The notes beneath the pieces were generated by a model, which was not told the origin of the DNA, did not search any database, and saw only the letters and a list, made by a program, of their open reading frames with translations. Both the position numbers and the translations under genes were made by a program. From IMG/VR virus record IMGVR_UViG_3300037455_000543, positions 283,136 through 347,135 of that record: 64,000 nt of DNA, one strand, 5' to 3'. The DNA is from a virus. Its lineage: Duplodnaviria; Heunggongvirae; Uroviricota; Caudoviricetes. Positions 60,547-64,000 of this stretch are shown piece after piece (position 1 is the stretch's first letter; each line of letters starts with the position of its first letter).

Positions 60547-61092
60547 TTAATGGTTATCATTGTCGATAACAATATAGGAATTATTGAATACGAATTGGTA
60601 CAACTTCTCAGGATTATTTTCAAACCAGTCCACCAATACTGTAGAATCTCCACCTTCAGTCGGTGCACTCTGGTGATCGATATAACCGACATACTTCGGC
60701 TGGACTCTGTAATTGCTGCTGACCGAGATTTCACCGATATCGTCTTCCCATTCTACCATGACTCCATGCTTACGGAAACAGTCAGCAACTCCAGCCAAGG
60801 CGGTATTAACCTCGGTTTTCATCTCCGAAACCAGTTTACTACGAACACGTTCCAGGTCACGGAGAGTCGTATCTAGCGGAATCCACTTCGTCTTGGTAGT
60901 GAGATAGGCCACCAATGCATAGTCGAGCTTTTCTTCCGGGTTATACAGGTTTTCCGGTCCCCAGCCGTATTCACCGTTACCCGAGATATACAAAGTCAAT
61001 CCTTTCAGATCCCCGATAACATCGTCACTGAACGTAATACTGTGACATGAACTGGAATTGGTTTCAAATACGTTATTTCTGGATTTTTTCAT
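60547..61092 (-). CDS. Conserved hypothetical protein (FETNSSS.HS family)
   Basis: RNNVFETNSSSCHS; GYIDHQS. Confidence 0.75.
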   Translation of the reverse strand: MKKSRNNVFETNSSSCHSITFSDDVIGDLKGLTLYISGNGEYGWGPENLYNPEEKLDYALVAYLTTKTKWIPLDTTLRDLERVRSKLVSEMKTEVNTALAGVADCFRKHGVMVEWEDDIGEISVSSNYRVQPKYVGYIDHQSAPTEGGDSTVLVDWFENNPEKLYQFVFNNSYIVIDNDNH

Positions 61093-61095
61093 TTT

Positions 61096-61620
61096 CTAAT
61101 TATCGTCCTCAAGGTCTTGAAATTCAAAATCAGTTTCCGAACAGTAGTTCTTGTCAATAAGTCGTTCGCAACCGTGATCCTGTGCTTCCTGCAGTCTCTT
61201 CTTGAAATCATTGGCCACATTGATAATACTGTCCATACGAGCAATAGCATTGTCGATCGTTTCGTCATCGTCGAAATACACTACGCTATCATGTTCAGAA
61301 TCAAATCCCTTATATGGATCGGCATACAATCCGTTGCTGATCGAGTAACCTTCTTTCTGATTCATCTTCGTTGCATACTCCGCGAAATCCACGAACAGGA
61401 CATTACGCCGACGGGTACAGAATTCATCCTGCACTACCGGTTTATCAGCCTTCTTCCAGATTGCCAGGATCTGCGCCTTAATCTGCTTTTGCTGCGCAGT
61501 CAATACCTTCAGTTTTTGCCAATCCAATTCAACTTCACCCTTCTGGCCACAGTTCACTTTCTTCAGGGGAATGGTCGTCTTCTTGCTCTTCGTCGTGATC
61601 TTGTGTTTGCATGTTGGCAT
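61096..61620 (-). CDS. Hypothetical protein
   Basis: RBS and promoter. Confidence 0.75.
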   Translation of the reverse strand: MPTCKHKITTKSKKTTIPLKKVNCGQKGEVELDWQKLKVLTAQQKQIKAQILAIWKKADKPVVQDEFCTRRRNVLFVDFAEYATKMNQKEGYSISNGLYADPYKGFDSEHDSVVYFDDDETIDNAIARMDSIINVANDFKKRLQEAQDHGCERLIDKNYCSETDFEFQDLEDDN

Positions 61621-61737
61621 ACTGTAACTCCTTGTTTTTCTCCAAATATAGCAAAACTGTCAATAACCGTCAACCTGGCATATTTTATTTCGGTTATTCA
61701 CCATTAACCCAGTTCTCGGTTCATAAACCAGTCCGCT

Positions 61738-62247
61738 CTACAAATCCTCGATCGCCAGACAGGTTTCCAGTTCGCTCTTGAAAACCAGGTATTCCGTCTC
61801 AGTCTCAATCTTCTCACACTGGTCGACAAACTGATAGAAATTTTCAGAATTTAAAAAATTCAGTACTTTCTGTATACCGGTCAGCCAGCCTTCGCCGATC
61901 TTCACAGGCGACCGTGCATATTCGTCAGTATTCCTAAACCAGTCACTGTCAATCTGGTTATAATGCCACGGACGGTCCTTATAATATGAATTTTCAAGTT
62001 TCGGTAAAAAACGGTAATGGAAAAACCGAATACAGTATTTCGGGATATCGTCTTCCGTCTGTCCGGTAAACCGTTTCACTTCAATCAGTTTATGATAACC
62101 GTGTTTTTCGGTTTTCCTGTGAATATAGAAATGCCTGAGGTTTTGATATCGGTCAAGTTTCTCGACATCCTCGAAATTCCTGCTATCGTTTATTATAACC
62201 AACAATCCATGATCTTTATAGATTGCGTTCATGTAATCCGTGTCCAT
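61738..62247 (-). CDS. Hypothetical protein
   Basis: Near-leaderless start. Confidence 0.7.
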   Translation of the reverse strand: MDTDYMNAIYKDHGLLVIINDSRNFEDVEKLDRYQNLRHFYIHRKTEKHGYHKLIEVKRFTGQTEDDIPKYCIRFFHYRFLPKLENSYYKDRPWHYNQIDSDWFRNTDEYARSPVKIGEGWLTGIQKVLNFLNSENFYQFVDQCEKIETETEYLVFKSELETCLAIEDL

Positions 62248-62460
62248 AGTCTATATAATATAATAAATTCCGGATTTTTTGTCAATATACTTAATACACT
62301 ATACTTAATACAGTCCGACTCGGTTAACCCGGTCAGCTTTATAGAAACCGGTCAACCTTAATACTTTATAGAATAACTATGATTTCCGCGGTTGACTTAA
62401 CAGAATATACTTAACACTTTATACTTTATACACCTTAACAGATTTACTATATTACATGAC

Positions 62461-63636
62461 ATGAAAGCAAAACAACAACCAACGGTCGTCAAGTTCGAAG
62501 ACTTCATAAAAGACATGGATTCGGCTTTTGTCGCAGGAATTACCGTATATCTCGGCGACGCGAATAACCGGACCATCCTGGAAATCGACGAAACGCTGAA
62601 CCGGATCATACCGGAAGACAAAGACTACCGGAATACGATAGTTTTCCAGAATGTCACCTTCAGGTCGGCCAAACGTGTAAACTATTCCAGAATTTTCGAA
62701 ATCTACTGCGACTGCAGATTTATAAACTGCAGGTTCGAAACCAACATGGAACTCCGCACCGAACGTTCCCTGCAATTGGATAACTGCACGACCATTTGCG
62801 ATGTCAAACTCTACGGCGGAAATCCATCTCTAAAAAACTGTAACTTCAGTACATCGGACATATCCTTCGAAGCTTGCAGCAATGTCGTAGTATGGGACAG
62901 TAAGTTCTACGGTGTTCACTTCGGTGGTTTCTGTGAAGCCTACGTGACGATGCAACGTTGCGAGATTACCGAAAATGTCGATGTCGAGGAATCTCATTTC
63001 GCCACATTCAACTTCATCGGCGGAAAACTGAAGACTTTCCAGTTTGAGGAATGCCATATCCATAGCCTGGATCTTTCCAGTCAGGATTCTTCCACTATAG
63101 TCAATCTCAAGGTTGACCAAATCTATATAAGAAGTTCTTTTATAGATCATGCTACGTTCCTTTCCGACCGTATCAAGGAAATCAATGTCCGTATGTCAAT
63201 GCTTAACAGATCGGTTACCTATGACAGTAAACTTCCGAAAATCTTTTCCGAAAGATCCGTCGGTTTCATTCCTACGCAGCAACACCTGACGCTTTATAAA
63301 AAGGCCAAGGTAGTCTGTAAGGACACCGGGAAACAAGTCGACGAGGTTATCGTAAAACTGGAAGTTCCGGACGACGCAAAGAGAGTATATTGCGATTACG
63401 GTAAAATCAGGGTTTCGAAAGCCGTAACCGTCGGTTTCTATAAGCTTAATGGAAAGACGTATACTCTTAATACAAAACGAGGACATATTGTCGTCGCCCA
63501 ATACGGTAAAGATTACGAATACGAAATCGGAAAAACCCAGAAACCTACAGAAGCATTCGATTCGACATTCGGAAGATGCGGTTCCGGAATCCACGGTTTC
63601 GAATCTTTCCAGGAAGCGGTTGACTATATTCTCTAA
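62461..63636 (+). CDS. Beta-helix repeat protein with C-terminal DUF5758-like domain
   Basis: LYKK...IVKLEVP..AKR...R.SKA...FD....CGSGIHGF.S.QEA..Y; leaderless. Confidence 0.7.
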   Translation: MKAKQQPTVVKFEDFIKDMDSAFVAGITVYLGDANNRTILEIDETLNRIIPEDKDYRNTIVFQNVTFRSAKRVNYSRIFEIYCDCRFINCRFETNMELRTERSLQLDNCTTICDVKLYGGNPSLKNCNFSTSDISFEACSNVVVWDSKFYGVHFGGFCEAYVTMQRCEITENVDVEESHFATFNFIGGKLKTFQFEECHIHSLDLSSQDSSTIVNLKVDQIYIRSSFIDHATFLSDRIKEINVRMSMLNRSVTYDSKLPKIFSERSVGFIPTQQHLTLYKKAKVVCKDTGKQVDEVIVKLEVPDDAKRVYCDYGKIRVSKAVTVGFYKLNGKTYTLNTKRGHIVVAQYGKDYEYEIGKTQKPTEAFDSTFGRCGSGIHGFESFQEAVDYIL

Positions 63637-63745
63637 CCTGATTAACCTTAACTGGCTCGGTTAACCGGGGATGAACCGGAAAACTGGCTGAGATAAGAAA
63701 AATTCAGAATTGAGAATCGGGAACGGTGAGGGGATGAACCTTAAT

Positions 63746-63783
63746 AAAAAATTTCCTGGAAAATTTTCCGGGAAAATTTTTTT
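63746..63783. repeat. Near-perfect palindrome in a non-coding region
   Basis: AAAAAATTTCCTGGAAAATTTTCCGGGAAAATTTTTTT. Confidence 0.7.
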
Positions 63784-64000
63784 ATGTCAAAAAATTTGAC
63801 GATCTTAGATCAGGTTATACCTATACCGGTTATTTTGGTTTATCTGGTTTATCGGTTATGCCCTTACTGGTTTATCCAGCTTAATAGAAAAAGGACCAGG
63901 TTTACCTTAATAGAAACCTGGACATGTCTGGGTATATATTGTCGTATTATTAACGATTTATTAACGGTTATTTCACGCGGAAAAAATACAGAATTTTTTA

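Overview
A 64-kb piece of a large T4-related (jumbo-type) tailed phage genome, translated with the standard code. The host is probably a diderm anaerobe: SpoVG, Ser-rich lipoproteins and outer-membrane barrels point to Fibrobacter (inference). Positions 1-48 kb are an early/accessory region of mostly short minus-strand genes. Most have their own sigma70-like promoter (TT(T/G)ACA-N17-TATATT, about 65 copies by eye), often fused with the upstream gene's terminator. This region holds a split NAD-dependent DNA ligase, two ~940-aa late paralogues, an AEP-like protein, a protein-kinase-like gene, a KH-domain gene, an AT-rich Cys-repeat/OMP island and seven tRNA genes. Beyond it lie GroEL, late genes under T4-type TATAAATA promoters, gp46/gp47, a dNMP kinase, ThyA, SpoVG and a DUF5758-like protein. 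Top finding: an 18-aa leader peptide (MMSIRKQIRIRKQGSPWF) whose ten consecutive codons (ATA/AGA/AAA/CAA) match the tRNAs encoded directly downstream. It overlaps mutually exclusive antiterminator and terminator hairpins, which looks like a ribosome-mediated attenuator that turns on phage tRNA genes when those tRNAs run short. Other highlights: 3'-UTR elements antisense to RBS+AUG sequences, systematic leaderless replication and late genes, two ~0.5-kb structured ncRNA candidates, and a tRNA-Thr interrupted by 41 nt. All family assignments come from motif recognition, not database searches.
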